DNA from: Bacteroidales bacterium
GTDB lineage: Bacteria > Bacteroidota > Bacteroidia > Bacteroidales > VadinHA17
Length of the DNA stretch: 64,000 nt
Direction: 5' to 3'
Assembly (NCBI GenBank): GCA_003142255.1
Contig: PLLO01000019.1
Location: 16,971-80,970 of the forward strand
The notes beneath the pieces are model-generated. The model saw only the letters and a program-made list of their open reading frames with translations. It was not told the origin of the DNA and ran no database searches. This document shows positions 1 to 12,241 of the stretch, piece after piece. The position numbers and the translations under genes were made by a program. Numbering within the stretch: position 1 is the first letter of the stretch; each line of letters starts with the position of its first letter.

Positions 1-797
1 AGCGCCAATCCACCTGTGTTGTTCAAAGTGATTTCCACGCTGAAATTCATGGCCTGGTCAGCCTTTGCAGCAATGGCAGTAACTTTCCCCGGGAAAATAT
101 GGTTTGAGAAAACCGGAACAGACACGTTAACATTCTGGTTCTTTTCAATTTTGTAAATATCGTCCCCATCAATTTTTACATGTAGTTTCAGCTGATTGTT
201 ATCGACAATTTCAAAAACGGGCATTCCTCCTGACAGGAACTGGCCTTCAGTAACAAATTTCTGATTAATCACACCTGAAATTGGTGCAGTGATAGATGTG
301 TTGGATAAGGACTTCTGTGCAGTTATCAGATCTGCTTTTGCTTTTTTAAACCCTATTTCGGCCTTTTCCAGATCGTGCTTGGTAATAGCATCACCTTCGC
401 TAAGGCGTTTAAAACGTTCAATATCTTTTGCCTGTTGTTCAACATTAGCTTCAGCAACCATTACTGACGCAGTCACTATTTCGTCTTCAACTTTAGTAAT
501 AACCTCGCCTTTTTGCACCCAATCTCCCAAATCTTTATTTAGGTGAATAATTTTACCCTGCGTTTCGGAAACCACTATTAATTGATTGTTGGCTTCCAGT
601 ATCCCGCTTGCTTTTATCTTCGAATCAATTGTTGATCTTGTTGCCGTTTCAATTTTTACCGGTATAGCATCAATCTGTCTGGCAGTAAAAGCAATTACAC
701 TATTAAGCTCTTTCTTATTTTTATTGAGTTGATAATATACTCCGGCTATTGGAATAAGAATAATGGGAATTATCCAGATACTTTTTCTGATTTTCAT
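1..797 (-). CDS. Efflux transporter periplasmic adaptor subunit (HlyD/MFP family), C-terminus beyond window edge
   Basis: Own translation of the minus strand from the ATG at 795-797 gives MKIRKSIWIIPIILIPIAGVYYQLNKNKKELNSV...KSLSNTSITAPISGVINQKFVTEGQFLSGGMPVFEIVDNNQLKLHVKIDGDDIYKI... This shows an N-terminal TM anchor, a coiled-coil segment and the ITAPxxGxI beta-barrel motif typical of membrane-fusion proteins. It is absent from the ORF track because it is open at the window edge. It starts 12 nt after the TolC-like stop. Confidence 0.8.
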   Translation of the reverse strand, partial: MKIRKSIWIIPIILIPIAGVYYQLNKNKKELNSVIAFTARQIDAIPVKIETATRSTIDSKIKASGILEANNQLIVVSETQGKIIHLNKDLGDWVQKGEVITKVEDEIVTASVMVAEANVEQQAKDIERFKRLSEGDAITKHDLEKAEIGFKKAKADLITAQKSLSNTSITAPISGVINQKFVTEGQFLSGGMPVFEIVDNNQLKLHVKIDGDDIYKIEKNQNVNVSVPVFSNHIFPGKVTAIAAKADQAMNFSVEITLNNTGGLA

Positions 798-809
798 TGT
801 TTTCGTTTT

Positions 810-2156
810 TTATTTTGAATTGATTATTTCCTTGAGCTTACCTGTCGATTTATACATATCCAACTCTGCTATCTGGTATTTTAATAGCTGTTGGTTATAA
901 AGGTTTTCAGCTTCCAGCAGGGATGATTCATCGTTCAGGAGGTCGGTTAATGAAGCCATTTCTTCATCAAACTGGAGTTTTACCTGATCATAAACTTCCT
1001 TAGCCAAATCTTTATTTTCCTGTTGTTCCTGAAGGCTTTTCCATGAAGACATAAGTGTATTTACCGCATTCTCGTAACTTGTACTCAATTGTCTCTTCCT
1101 CACTTTAAAATCTTCTGAGACTTGCAGTAGTTTAGATTTTGACTGCAGCACTTTGTATTTTCGCATTCCCGAGCTGAAAATCGGAATGGTTGCCTTGAAG
1201 CCGATAGTGTTCACGTTGGAAAGATTCCTGAGATTAAAGTTTGTATTATAACTGCTATAATTGAACTGTCCGAAAGCCACCAGGTTCGGAAAATAAGCTG
1301 CCTGATCAGATGCTACCTGTAAAGCAGCTAATTCATTTTGTTTTTGCAACAACTGAAAGAGTGGCAGTGCATCAGGTGTGAATTGACCAACATCCGGTCC
1401 TTGAATTTTATTACTTTCTAAGTCACCAGTTTCCACCGTTATTTCCGTTTCAGAGGGTATACCACAAATTATTTTTAAAATCTGTATCTGAATATTAATA
1501 GCATTTTCAAGGGTTTCCTTCTGAGTTTTCAGGTTGGACACTTTAACCTTCACCCTTTTTACATCAGTTTGTTTAATAAAATCATTCTCATACTGAAGCC
1601 TGAGGATTTTATTCAAAGCTTCAAGGTTTTCGATGCTTTCATCTAATATTTTCAGGGTTGAATAATTATTTTGTATCTGGTAAAAAGTTGCAGCGACACT
1701 ATAGATAACTTCGGTCTCTGTTTCAACGCTCATTGCAGAATATAACTCTTCAGATTTTCTTGTTTGTTTTATGCCTGTCAGATAAGGCTGGCTATAAATC
1801 AATTGACTTACGGTTACTCCTGCCGATATTATGTGCAAGGCATCTATTTCTTTCAATTTACCGAGCAAGGGAAGAACCTCTTCCGGCAAAGAAGATATTA
1901 TATCCTGAGATATACTTATCTCGGGGATCCCCATTCTGGAATAATTAATGTTTCCGTTCAACTGGGGCAATCCATTTGCAATAACTTCTTTTGTCTTGAA
2001 CTGACTTTCAGATTGTCTCAATGCTGCCTTTTTTATTTCCGCATTGTTTAATACAGCATTAGTCAGCAGCTTATTCAAATTATAAGATTCCTGTGCATAG
2101 CTATTGCCCTGATATATAAAAAAACAAATGAAGAATATACGTGTTAATTGTTTCAT
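810..2156 (-). CDS. TolC-family outer membrane efflux protein
   Basis: 448 aa with signal peptide MKQLTRIFFICFFIYQGNSYAQ. Two repeated coiled-coil/beta halves are typical of OEP/TolC. It sits in an operon between a MarR-like regulator and an MFP adaptor. Confidence 0.85.
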   Translation of the reverse strand: MKQLTRIFFICFFIYQGNSYAQESYNLNKLLTNAVLNNAEIKKAALRQSESQFKTKEVIANGLPQLNGNINYSRMGIPEISISQDIISSLPEEVLPLLGKLKEIDALHIISAGVTVSQLIYSQPYLTGIKQTRKSEELYSAMSVETETEVIYSVAATFYQIQNNYSTLKILDESIENLEALNKILRLQYENDFIKQTDVKRVKVKVSNLKTQKETLENAINIQIQILKIICGIPSETEITVETGDLESNKIQGPDVGQFTPDALPLFQLLQKQNELAALQVASDQAAYFPNLVAFGQFNYSSYNTNFNLRNLSNVNTIGFKATIPIFSSGMRKYKVLQSKSKLLQVSEDFKVRKRQLSTSYENAVNTLMSSWKSLQEQQENKDLAKEVYDQVKLQFDEEMASLTDLLNDESSLLEAENLYNQQLLKYQIAELDMYKSTGKLKEIINSK

Positions 2157-2220
2157 ACTTATTGACTTGTTTTAAAAATATTGTTTGGTTCCGGAGTATT
2201 CGAACTATAATTATAAAAAA

Positions 2221-2682
2221 TTATTTATGATTCTTATTTCTGAAATCCTCTAACTGTGAAAGGAAAAACTTTGTTCCACCTGAAATATTTTTTAATAATA
2301 TGGAATTTTTTGAATTTGGATTTTTTTTCAGGCTAATTACACGGTCCATTATATCTGCATAAGCCTTAATTTTTCTTTCTATTCCTTCAATGACAATGTT
2401 TATATCTGAAAATGAAATACGAAAATATCTTTTACGGTCGCCGGTATAAGTTATATATTCTATGGCCCCTCTTAATTCCAGGTTTTTAAGAGCTGCACTG
2501 GCTGAACTTTTACTAATCTTCATTGCCAAAATTATTTCATCAAATGTATACTCTTCTTTATCCATCACCATAAGCAAACCAAGAACACGTCCGGCAACCG
2601 GCTGATATCCTTGTTTCTCCAGATAACGGCCAATGTATTCAATCAGTTCCTTCTGCATTTCGATTCTTTCAGACTCTTTCAT
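2221..2682 (-). CDS. MarR/GbsR-type winged-helix transcriptional regulator
   Basis: 153 aa. The segment PVAGRVLGLLMVMDKEEYTFDEIILAMKISKSSASAALKNLELRGAIEY matches the wHTH recognition helix plus wing layout. It is the first gene of the efflux operon. Confidence 0.75.
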   Translation of the reverse strand: MKESERIEMQKELIEYIGRYLEKQGYQPVAGRVLGLLMVMDKEEYTFDEIILAMKISKSSASAALKNLELRGAIEYITYTGDRKRYFRISFSDINIVIEGIERKIKAYADIMDRVISLKKNPNSKNSILLKNISGGTKFFLSQLEDFRNKNHK

Positions 2683-3132
2683 CAGTCAATGTTTTCAGCA
2701 AATATAGTTAGTTTTATTAGTTCTGCAATTCCCGAACTGTTTTTATTTGTATGTCGTCAAGCCTAAATTATAACTCTGAATTAAGCTTTTTGTATTCTTA
2801 ATTAATTCAATGTCATATTTACCCTCTGGAATACTCATGGTTCAATTTTTAATTGTTCTCTTTATTTGCCTTGCCTTGTTCCCATTTTTCGATTAGTTTC
2901 TTACTTATTATCAATAAATCGGAGAATAAATAAAAGTATATCGATACTGTATAAAAATTTAACTTTTTAGAGATAATTGATGATTAGGCTGCCAACGTAA
3001 ATAAATTCACAATTATATTAAAGCCCTTGACAAAGTCTCCTCTTTCAATTTACGGGAGCTTAATAGGTTGAAAAAGGTAAAATAAATTCAAAAAAGAACG
3101 GTTTGCTGGTGAGAAAAAAAATGAACAGAAGA

Positions 3133-3590
3133 CTAGTTCTGAGAAATAATCTCTTTGGGTATATGGTTTGAACTTAAAACATTCCAGGTATTGTCCATAA
3201 CCTGGCTTTTGAATGCATCAGTAATCTTCAGGTATTTTTTCAAATCTTTCTCTTTTTTTGGAGCACCCATATCCTGTAACGCTTTTATGTTAACCCCAAG
3301 CATTATGCTATTGGTGATAAAAGTCTTTCTGGCGGTGTGAAAGGTAATAGATTCATGGAGAGGCAATGATACTTCTGTTGTTTCACTGCCTATCACACTT
3401 TTTTTTATCACCAGCCTGTTAAATCCTGTTTTTGGAAATTGTTTGGAAGTAATAATTCCACAGCCTTCTTTCAAGTATTCGTTAATATTCTGAATAGACA
3501 TTTTGGGAAGGGGATTTTCATCCTCTTCATACTTTTAAAGTATTTTCAGAGCGAAATCATTAAAAAGGAGTGTTTTATACCTCTTTACAT
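3133..3590 (-). pseudogene. Tyrosine recombinase (phage-integrase family) remnant, C-terminal ~150 codons only
   Basis: The 122-aa ORF carries the box II-like FHTARKTFITNSIMLGVNIKALQDMG...KKYLKI. Upstream in the same frame I read VYVKRYKTLLFNDFALKIL-(TAA at 3535-3537)-KYEEDENPLPKM, still integrase-like. Homology ends near 3600 at a stop. The N-terminal and core-binding domains are missing. Confidence 0.7.
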
Positions 3591-3600
3591 AAACCAAAAG

Positions 3601-3622
3601 TAGGTGCTAATTAGGTGCTAAT
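3601..3622. repeat. Perfect 11-bp tandem duplication TAGGTGCTAAT x2 at the truncation point of the integrase remnant
   Basis: Read directly: taggtgctaat taggtgctaat. Confidence 0.9.
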
Positions 3623-3731
3623 AATTACTCAAATGTAATAAAATGAGGTCTAATAAACAAAACAAATATATTTAATATGCTGTATATCAACTATATGATT
3701 ATAATGAAGTCAAATGCAATAAAATAGACTG

Positions 3732-3751
3732 AAGTCCCGCTCCGGGTACCA
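3732..3751 (+). other. tRNA 3'-end fragment (tRNA-Leu-like T-arm 3' half, acceptor 3' strand, discriminator A, CCA); candidate att core
   Basis: AAGTCCCGCTCCGGGTACCA. No complementary 5' acceptor strand (ACCCGGA/GCCCGGA) or D/anticodon arms lie in the ~90 nt upstream, so this is not an intact tRNA gene. Confidence 0.6.
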
Positions 3752-3757
3752 AACGGC

Positions 3758-3791
3758 ACAAGAGGTCAAAATTGACCTCTTGTTTTTTTTT
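3758..3791 (+). terminator. Rho-independent terminator
   Basis: ACAAGAGGTCA-AAAT-TGACCTCTTGT forms an 11-bp perfect stem followed by T9. It lies 7 nt after the tRNA-like CCA end. Confidence 0.8.
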
Positions 3792-4002
3792 GAATTTACC
3801 AAAACCTCACTAATCCTGAAGATAAATTTAACTGGTTCTGTCTTGACAATGTGAAATACCATGGGAAATTGATTACATTTTACTGCATAAATATGGCATG
3901 AAATATCACCAGGGTAAAAGGTTGGTTGTCATGGCAGATGGCAATGAAGCCGGCCAAACCAAAACACTGTCAAAACTGCTGGCAGTGCAATCCGAATAAT
4001 TT

Positions 4003-5568
4003 TTACTTCACTCTGAACCAGTCAAAATCGACATATCCACCTGGCGTTTTGGTTGCATAATTGAACAATCCGAAACGATAACCCATAAAATGTGGCATGG
4101 AATATTCCATTTTAAGCTGCGATCCAATTTGTGTCCAGGTTTTGCAGTCAAGGCTGTAAAAGAAAGATGCTATGTCGACACGCTCCCTGAAATCGCAGTA
4201 AGCTTTCAGGTAAATGGTTTTCCTGGTTAGAGGTATATTTTGGACCTCAATTGGTTTGCCGGATTGTGCGCTGACCATGACAATCGTTTTGCTTCCATTG
4301 CTGTATTTGATGCCAACCATGCCAAATTTTCTCTGTAATAGTGCAAGTCCTGCAAAATCTCCATCCTTCATGTTTGACACATCTATTGAAGTTGATCCGG
4401 AACATTCCGGTCCGAAGGTACGCTGTGTCAAAGTATTTCTAGCCGACACAATAAGAGTATCAACGCGACCGGTCTTAAGTCTCAGGTATCCTTTTCGCTG
4501 AGTAACGGACCAAAGAGAATTGTCCGGATTATGATTCCATTGCCAGATCAATGGCAGCGCAGGGTCTCCCTTCAACCGGGAAAATTCATCTGATGCCACA
4601 ATGCCTGGAATAAGCCCATTGCTGGCAGGAAGATCGAGAGTCTCAGGAACCTTGCCCTCGATACCAATAACTGGCCAGCCATCTTCCCACTTCATAGGCA
4701 CAAGATAAGGTATACGTCCGACTGATCCGAAATCCCTGAACAGATAAGCGTACCATTTGCCATCAGGTGTATCAACCATTCCTCCCTGAGCTACTCCCAG
4801 GTCCTGAAAAGCCATCCTGCCTTCCCACGGACCTGTTATCTTTTCAGCCCTGTGAATAACAACTGTACGCATTCCACCTCTGGGCCATGTAATGTTAAAA
4901 AGATAGTATTTGCCATTAACTTTAAATAACTGTGAGCCTTCGGCTCCAAGCATTATATTATTGCCTGCAGGCAGACTTGCGTTTTCGATAATAACCTTGT
5001 CTTCACCACCTGGCTTAATCCCTGATGCGTCGGCATTAAGCTCGACAATTCTGAGCTTACCGTTACCGGTGATCATGTAAACACGCCCATCATCGTCAAA
5101 GAACAATGTATTATCATGAAGACTGGGGCTGAATGATACCTCATTCCATGGGCCCTTTTCGATATACTTTGTGGAATAAACGTATGTCTTGCCTGTTGTC
5201 TGTGAGAATGTAGAAACATAAAACATACCATTATGGTAGCGAATGCTGCTGGCCCATGAACCTTTTCCATAAGCATTCTTTCCATTGTCGAGGTTCAATG
5301 CATCGACATCGTCTAGAATCTGGTAGGCGTAATTCACTATTTGCCAGTTAACCAGATCTTTTGATTTCATTATTGGTACACCGGGGCTCATGTGCATTGT
5401 GGTGCTGCTCATAAAGTAGGTGTCGCCCACTCTTATCATTGACATATCGGGGACATCGGCCCAGATAATCGGATTTTGAGCCCGATCTGACTGAGCTAAA
5501 GCAAGTGTATTGAGGATCGTGGAGGCGAGCACGACAAACAGGGAATATTTAAGCTTCATATTGAACAT
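4003..5568 (-). CDS. Glycoside hydrolase family 43 (beta-xylosidase/alpha-L-arabinofuranosidase type) with C-terminal beta-sandwich domain
   Basis: 521 aa with a signal peptide. NPIIWADVPDMSMIRVGDTYFMSSTTMHMSPGVPIMKSKDLVNW is the GH43 five-bladed propeller N-terminal signature. The start may be M4. Confidence 0.85.
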   Translation of the reverse strand: MFNMKLKYSLFVVLASTILNTLALAQSDRAQNPIIWADVPDMSMIRVGDTYFMSSTTMHMSPGVPIMKSKDLVNWQIVNYAYQILDDVDALNLDNGKNAYGKGSWASSIRYHNGMFYVSTFSQTTGKTYVYSTKYIEKGPWNEVSFSPSLHDNTLFFDDDGRVYMITGNGKLRIVELNADASGIKPGGEDKVIIENASLPAGNNIMLGAEGSQLFKVNGKYYLFNITWPRGGMRTVVIHRAEKITGPWEGRMAFQDLGVAQGGMVDTPDGKWYAYLFRDFGSVGRIPYLVPMKWEDGWPVIGIEGKVPETLDLPASNGLIPGIVASDEFSRLKGDPALPLIWQWNHNPDNSLWSVTQRKGYLRLKTGRVDTLIVSARNTLTQRTFGPECSGSTSIDVSNMKDGDFAGLALLQRKFGMVGIKYSNGSKTIVMVSAQSGKPIEVQNIPLTRKTIYLKAYCDFRERVDIASFFYSLDCKTWTQIGSQLKMEYSMPHFMGYRFGLFNYATKTPGGYVDFDWFRVK

Positions 5569-5694
5569 TTAAATAGTTAAGTGTGCATAAGGGTTCCAGA
5601 AGTATTTTCTGATCATATTGCGCATCCATCCTTTAATCCCTGATTTTTCTACCAAGGTTAGGGCAATCAATAGCTTCCAGCACCCGGAATCTGT

Positions 5695-8298
5695 TTAGAT
5701 AACCGTAATTCTGACCATCTTCAAATCCTTTGCATCGGAGCTGTTGCCATACCATACTTCGTACTCCCCTGAAATCACTGCTAATTTACCTGTTGGCCTG
5801 TTAAAGAATTCAAATGATTTGTATGGCAGGCTGACAGTAATTTCCTGTGTCTTTCCAGCAGGAACCCTGACTCTCTGAAAGCCTCTTAAAGTTCTGATTG
5901 GCCCGTCCGGATCGTTTATCTTATGAACATAAACCTGAACAACTTCAGTCCCGTCTCTTTTGCCAGTATTTGTAACCGGGACAGTGAGTTCGAGGCTCTC
6001 ATCGCTTTTAATCTCGCTTTTACAAGGCTTGGCATCTCCAATTCTGAACGTTGTATAGCTTAATCCATATCCAAACGGAAATAATGGGTCGGACATGAAG
6101 CGATATGTGCGGCCTTTCATTGAGTAATCTTCAAAATCGCCCAGCTGACTGATGTTTCTGTAAAAAGTAACCGGCAGCTTTCCGGAAGGGTTATAATCGC
6201 CAAAGAGAACATCGGCAACAGCCTGTCCTCCTGATTCACCGCTGTACCATGCCTGCAGTATAGCGTCACAAGTTTCAGTTTCAGGAACAAATCCCATTGC
6301 TGAACCTGAACAGTTCACAAAAATGACTTTTTTGCCTGCATCCTTAAGAGCTTTCAGACAACTGCGCTGGATCTCCGGAAGCTCTATATCAATACGGTCA
6401 CCGTCCTTGAATCCGGGCAGATCTACCGGCATCTGTTCTCCCTCAAGCTGTGAAGAAATGCCGCCAACAAAAACCACCATATCAATGCTTTTCAATTTTT
6501 CAAGAAGGGCATCGAATTTAACCGGTAGTTCTTTCCCAAAATTAAGATTAAGGCTGGCTGGCCAGTTACGTATCTGAGTAAAATTACCAACGATTTTATA
6601 TTCCTTTCCCTTTTCGGTTTGCATAACAATCAGGCTGGTCCGCGGTCCGAATCCAGGTCTGCGGGGCTTGTAAAGAGTATCTCCATTTACCACAATGTTA
6701 AATTCACCCCTGGCCTCAAATCTAAACGCCAGCTCGCCGGATTCTTTTGGCTTATAAACAGTTTCATATTTCCCGGAGAAATTGTCCGATTGAATACCCT
6801 GGGCAAATTGATGCTCCCCATCAGTAATAAGCTGGATGGGATTAACGATTTGTTCTATGATAGCCGGATCTCCGGTAAATTCACGGTTATTCCAGTATGT
6901 GGCTTTTATTCCTGCTTTCCCTTCAAAGGAACATTCTCCTATAACGGATTCAATATACAATTTGTCAGTAAGGTCACAGCCCCTGTCATAAATTATTCTT
7001 TTTGCAGGCATCTTCGTCTTAATTCCATCAAGAATTGTAATAGTATTAAATGGAGTTCCATTATAATTGCCCCACAATACCCGCTTTTCGTTGGCGTTAG
7101 GACCAATTACAGCAATTTTCTTCACTGATTTGGAGAGAGGCAATATGTTATTTTTATTCTGTAACAGGGTCATTGTTTCACGGGCCATATCCAAAGCCAG
7201 TTTTTTGTGTTCATCGCAATTGACCACTGAAACCGGGATTTTTGACCATGGCACAAGTTCATCGTTGTCCATTTCACCAAGATCGAACCTGCCTATCAGC
7301 GTTCGCATCAGGCTCTTGTTCATATCTTCCTCATTGATCAGACCCTTTTCCACAGCCTGTGGAAGCATCTTGTAGGCCGGACCAGCACATTCAACATCGG
7401 TTCCTGCAAGTAATCCCTTTGCTGCAGCATGCGTAGCATCTGAAGATACTTTGTGGCTGTTGAAGAAATCGGCGATTGCTCCACAGTCAGAAACTATAAC
7501 ATACTTAAAGCCCCATTCTTCGCGGAGAATCCTTTCAAGAAGCCTTGTGTTCCCGCAGCATGGCTCGTCATCGAGACGCTGATATGCACACATCACTTCG
7601 CGAACACCTGCATCCTGAACCAGTGCCTTGAAAGCAGGAAGGTAAGTCTCAAGAAGATCACGCGGATCGACATTATTCACGTTGAGAGTATGGCGGGTTG
7701 ATTCCGGACCGGAGTGAACAGCGAAATGCTTGGCGCAGGCCAGCAGCTTTTTATACCTGGCAGTGTCCGGACCCTGAAGTCCTTTTACGACTGATATACC
7801 CATCCTGGTTGTAAGGTATGGATCTTCTCCATAAGTCTCCTGTCCGCGACCCCATCGAGGATCCCTGAAAATATTTATATTAGGAGTCCATACTGAAAGG
7901 CTCAGAAACCTCCGGTTCTCAAGTCCCTTCTGTTTAGCCTCATTGTATTTGGCCCTGGTTTCAGTAGATACTGCATTAAAAATGTTATACAGCAGCTCAT
8001 CATCGAATGATGCTGCCATCCCTATCGGCTCTGGGAATACTGTAACCTTATCGTTGTTGGCAAGGCCGTGCAGAGCTTCGCTCCACCAGTTGAACCTTTT
8101 TATCCCGAGACGAGGAATGGCATCAGACTCGTCCTTCATCAGGGAAGCCTTCTCCGTTAATGTCAGGAGGGAAATCAAATCCTTTGCCCTCTCGTCAGAG
8201 CTTAAGTCCGGGTTTTGGAAGGGATATTGCTGTCCCTTTAAGCATATTGACGACAATATGCTCAATGCAATAAAAAGTCCTTTTTTCATACAAATCAA
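5695..8298 (-). CDS. Glycoside hydrolase family 3 (beta-xylosidase/beta-glucosidase) with PA14 insertion
   Basis: 867 aa with a signal peptide. FNWWSEALHG and the nucleophile region VIVSDCGAI are present. A PA14-like insert (KATYWNNREFTGDPAI...) and a C-terminal Fn3-like domain follow. The likely true start is MKKGLF at 8289. Confidence 0.85.
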   Translation of the reverse strand: MICMKKGLFIALSILSSICLKGQQYPFQNPDLSSDERAKDLISLLTLTEKASLMKDESDAIPRLGIKRFNWWSEALHGLANNDKVTVFPEPIGMAASFDDELLYNIFNAVSTETRAKYNEAKQKGLENRRFLSLSVWTPNINIFRDPRWGRGQETYGEDPYLTTRMGISVVKGLQGPDTARYKKLLACAKHFAVHSGPESTRHTLNVNNVDPRDLLETYLPAFKALVQDAGVREVMCAYQRLDDEPCCGNTRLLERILREEWGFKYVIVSDCGAIADFFNSHKVSSDATHAAAKGLLAGTDVECAGPAYKMLPQAVEKGLINEEDMNKSLMRTLIGRFDLGEMDNDELVPWSKIPVSVVNCDEHKKLALDMARETMTLLQNKNNILPLSKSVKKIAVIGPNANEKRVLWGNYNGTPFNTITILDGIKTKMPAKRIIYDRGCDLTDKLYIESVIGECSFEGKAGIKATYWNNREFTGDPAIIEQIVNPIQLITDGEHQFAQGIQSDNFSGKYETVYKPKESGELAFRFEARGEFNIVVNGDTLYKPRRPGFGPRTSLIVMQTEKGKEYKIVGNFTQIRNWPASLNLNFGKELPVKFDALLEKLKSIDMVVFVGGISSQLEGEQMPVDLPGFKDGDRIDIELPEIQRSCLKALKDAGKKVIFVNCSGSAMGFVPETETCDAILQAWYSGESGGQAVADVLFGDYNPSGKLPVTFYRNISQLGDFEDYSMKGRTYRFMSDPLFPFGYGLSYTTFRIGDAKPCKSEIKSDESLELTVPVTNTGKRDGTEVVQVYVHKINDPDGPIRTLRGFQRVRVPAGKTQEITVSLPYKSFEFFNRPTGKLAVISGEYEVWYGNSSDAKDLKMVRITVI

Positions 8299-8323
8299 TA
8301 TGTAATAGGTTATGATGTTAAAA

Positions 8324-9826
8324 TTATTTTATGGGTATTTCTAGCTGTGTGAAAGAATGTGCAGGAAAACTGTAATGAATGTCATTACCCTTGAATTTAA
8401 TTTCCCTGGTATTGATACCCACAGTCTCTTCGGTTTTAGTGTTGCCGGAGGTTGTCGTTTTCCCGTTTACCTCATAGACTTTGGCATTTCCGGGAAAATC
8501 ACCAGTCTGCAAAACGATATCTGTCGGGATAACTTTTGTCTCATGTCGGTTGACGACATTTACTATCAGAACTTTAGCTGAATCATTCAATACTGCAGTT
8601 ACATCCAGGTAAGGAATATCCTTAAATAAATAATTACTATATTTTTCACAGTTGGTATATACATCGAGTGAGGTGCCATGGCAGTTATTGGAATACAGAT
8701 AGAATGATTGAAATAATGCATTCTTGAAATCACCATCAGGTGAAATACCTACAAGGCTTGACAGCATTGTTACATTAGCCATCTTAACTATATCGGCATG
8801 CCTGATAAAGGAGTTCAGATGCTGAGCCACCATTAATGATCCGGTAAGGTTATTACCACCACCTGACCACTCATCAAATGAAATATATACTGGTCTTTTT
8901 GATCCTGATTTCAGCATTGCCTTCTCAATCAGAACTTTTACCATCTCAGTTTTTTTATCAATTTCCAGACCCAGCGACATCATGTCTGAGAAGTTCCTGT
9001 CGCCTGATAGCGCCTGTGCAGCATATCTGTGGACAGAAAGATAATCGATCTTCCCAATCAATTGTTGCAGAACATAATCATCCCAGTCGATCCAGCCGTT
9101 ATCCGGTTTGTAATCTGAAGCACCTGAAGCAATAAATTTAATATCCTTATCAACCCATTGCATCAGTTTGGCCGCTTCGATGGCAAACTTGCAATAATCC
9201 TCAGCATTTTTCTGCCCCATCTGCCATGGCCCGTCAATTTCGTTTCCAAGAGCCCAGTACTTTACATTGAAAGGCTTTTCATTACCATACTTCCTTCTGA
9301 GATCTGAATAGTATGTGCCCTTTTCGACATTACAATACTCTACCCAGTACCTTGCCTGATCAAGGGTGCCTGTTCCGCCATTTATACAAATAAAATTTTC
9401 GGCCCCAATAAGACTGCATAATTTTACGTACTCATCAGTTCCCATCTGGTTGTTTTCAATCTGATGCCATGCAAGGTCCAATCTTGCCGGACGTTGTGCC
9501 TTCGGGCCAATACCATCTTCCCAGTTATAGCCCGATACGAAATTTCCTCCCGGCCATCTGAGGGCATGTATTTTCAGTTGCCTGATAAGCTGAATAAAAT
9601 CTTTCCTGAATCCATTCTCATCAGCAAGAGGAGAAGAAGGATCATAAATGGTTCCATATACCACTGTACGTATAGGTTCAACAAAAGCACCATAAATGTT
9701 CGAATCAATTACTCCTATCTTCCGGTCAAAATCAATCTTAATCACAGCCGGTTCCTGAGACAGAAGATTCCCTGATACCAATCCGGACAAGATCATGCAA
9801 TGGATTAAATTTCTTGTGGTTTTCAT
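8324..9826 (-). CDS. Alpha-L-arabinofuranosidase, GH51
   Basis: LRWPGGNFVSGYNWEDGIGP and the acid/base region WALGNEIDGPWQMG are classic GH51 AbfA motifs. The track ORF starts at a TTG (9850); the ATG at 9826 (MKTTRNL..., signal peptide) is more plausible. Confidence 0.9.
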   Translation of the reverse strand: MKTTRNLIHCMILSGLVSGNLLSQEPAVIKIDFDRKIGVIDSNIYGAFVEPIRTVVYGTIYDPSSPLADENGFRKDFIQLIRQLKIHALRWPGGNFVSGYNWEDGIGPKAQRPARLDLAWHQIENNQMGTDEYVKLCSLIGAENFICINGGTGTLDQARYWVEYCNVEKGTYYSDLRRKYGNEKPFNVKYWALGNEIDGPWQMGQKNAEDYCKFAIEAAKLMQWVDKDIKFIASGASDYKPDNGWIDWDDYVLQQLIGKIDYLSVHRYAAQALSGDRNFSDMMSLGLEIDKKTEMVKVLIEKAMLKSGSKRPVYISFDEWSGGGNNLTGSLMVAQHLNSFIRHADIVKMANVTMLSSLVGISPDGDFKNALFQSFYLYSNNCHGTSLDVYTNCEKYSNYLFKDIPYLDVTAVLNDSAKVLIVNVVNRHETKVIPTDIVLQTGDFPGNAKVYEVNGKTTTSGNTKTEETVGINTREIKFKGNDIHYSFPAHSFTQLEIPIK

Positions 9827-9876
9827 TGTCACTACTATTAAAATTATCAATATGTTATGCGATCTGGTTTTTTTAT

Positions 9877-11832
<1,956 letters not shown>

Positions 11833-12241
11833 TTACACAATGTGAAATTAATTAAGTTTAAAACTAACACTTAAAAAAATTCAAATTATTAAATGAGCCT
11901 TCTTCCGGCGAATACGGAGAGTTAGAGGGAGTATGGAAAAGCCGATACCTATGACCATAATCAGTCAGAATAAATTGACCACCTTAAGCCATAGTTAAGT
12001 ACTTGTTGTTAAGTTACGTATATTAATTGTAACCTTCCCGGCGAAATGTGGTCAACTAGTCCGGCTTTTGCAACCAGGGATTTTCTTCTTTGTGGTGCCG
12101 ACTGACTTTCTGAAAAATTCCAGCAAGTGATCCTCCATTGTTATTCACCTTTCAGACAATTGTTCAGTTCTTCCTAAAAAAGGATTTCGGCAAAGCCTGG
12201 CTTCATGGCAAAGTCAATTTTGTTCCGATAGTGTATTACGA

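Noticed and set aside
289-546. 85-aa plus-strand ORF in the track
   Set aside because: It is antisense to the clearly homologous HlyD/MFP adaptor gene that I translated on the minus strand (1-797), so it is a shadow ORF.
3660-3751. Possible intact tRNA gene ending at the CCA at 3751 (and likewise at ~13790-13875)
   Set aside because: The upstream 70-90 nt contain no strand complementary to the acceptor 3' half. They also lack a T-stem 5' half (GCGGG) and D or anticodon arms. Only the last ~20 nt are tRNA-like.
3898-3999. 33-aa ORF MKYHQGKRLVVMADGNEAGQTKTLSKLLAVQSE in the gap before GH43
   Set aside because: It is too short and has no recognisable motif or supporting context. It may be a gene fragment, but I cannot support it.
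6619-7128. Long antisense ORFs inside well-supported genes (this one, plus 15537-16088, 33218-33643, 55891-56301, 60674-61099 and others in the track)
   Set aside because: Each lies fully or largely inside a gene with strong family motifs on the opposite strand. Their sequences are low-complexity or hydrophobic nonsense with no recognisable motifs.
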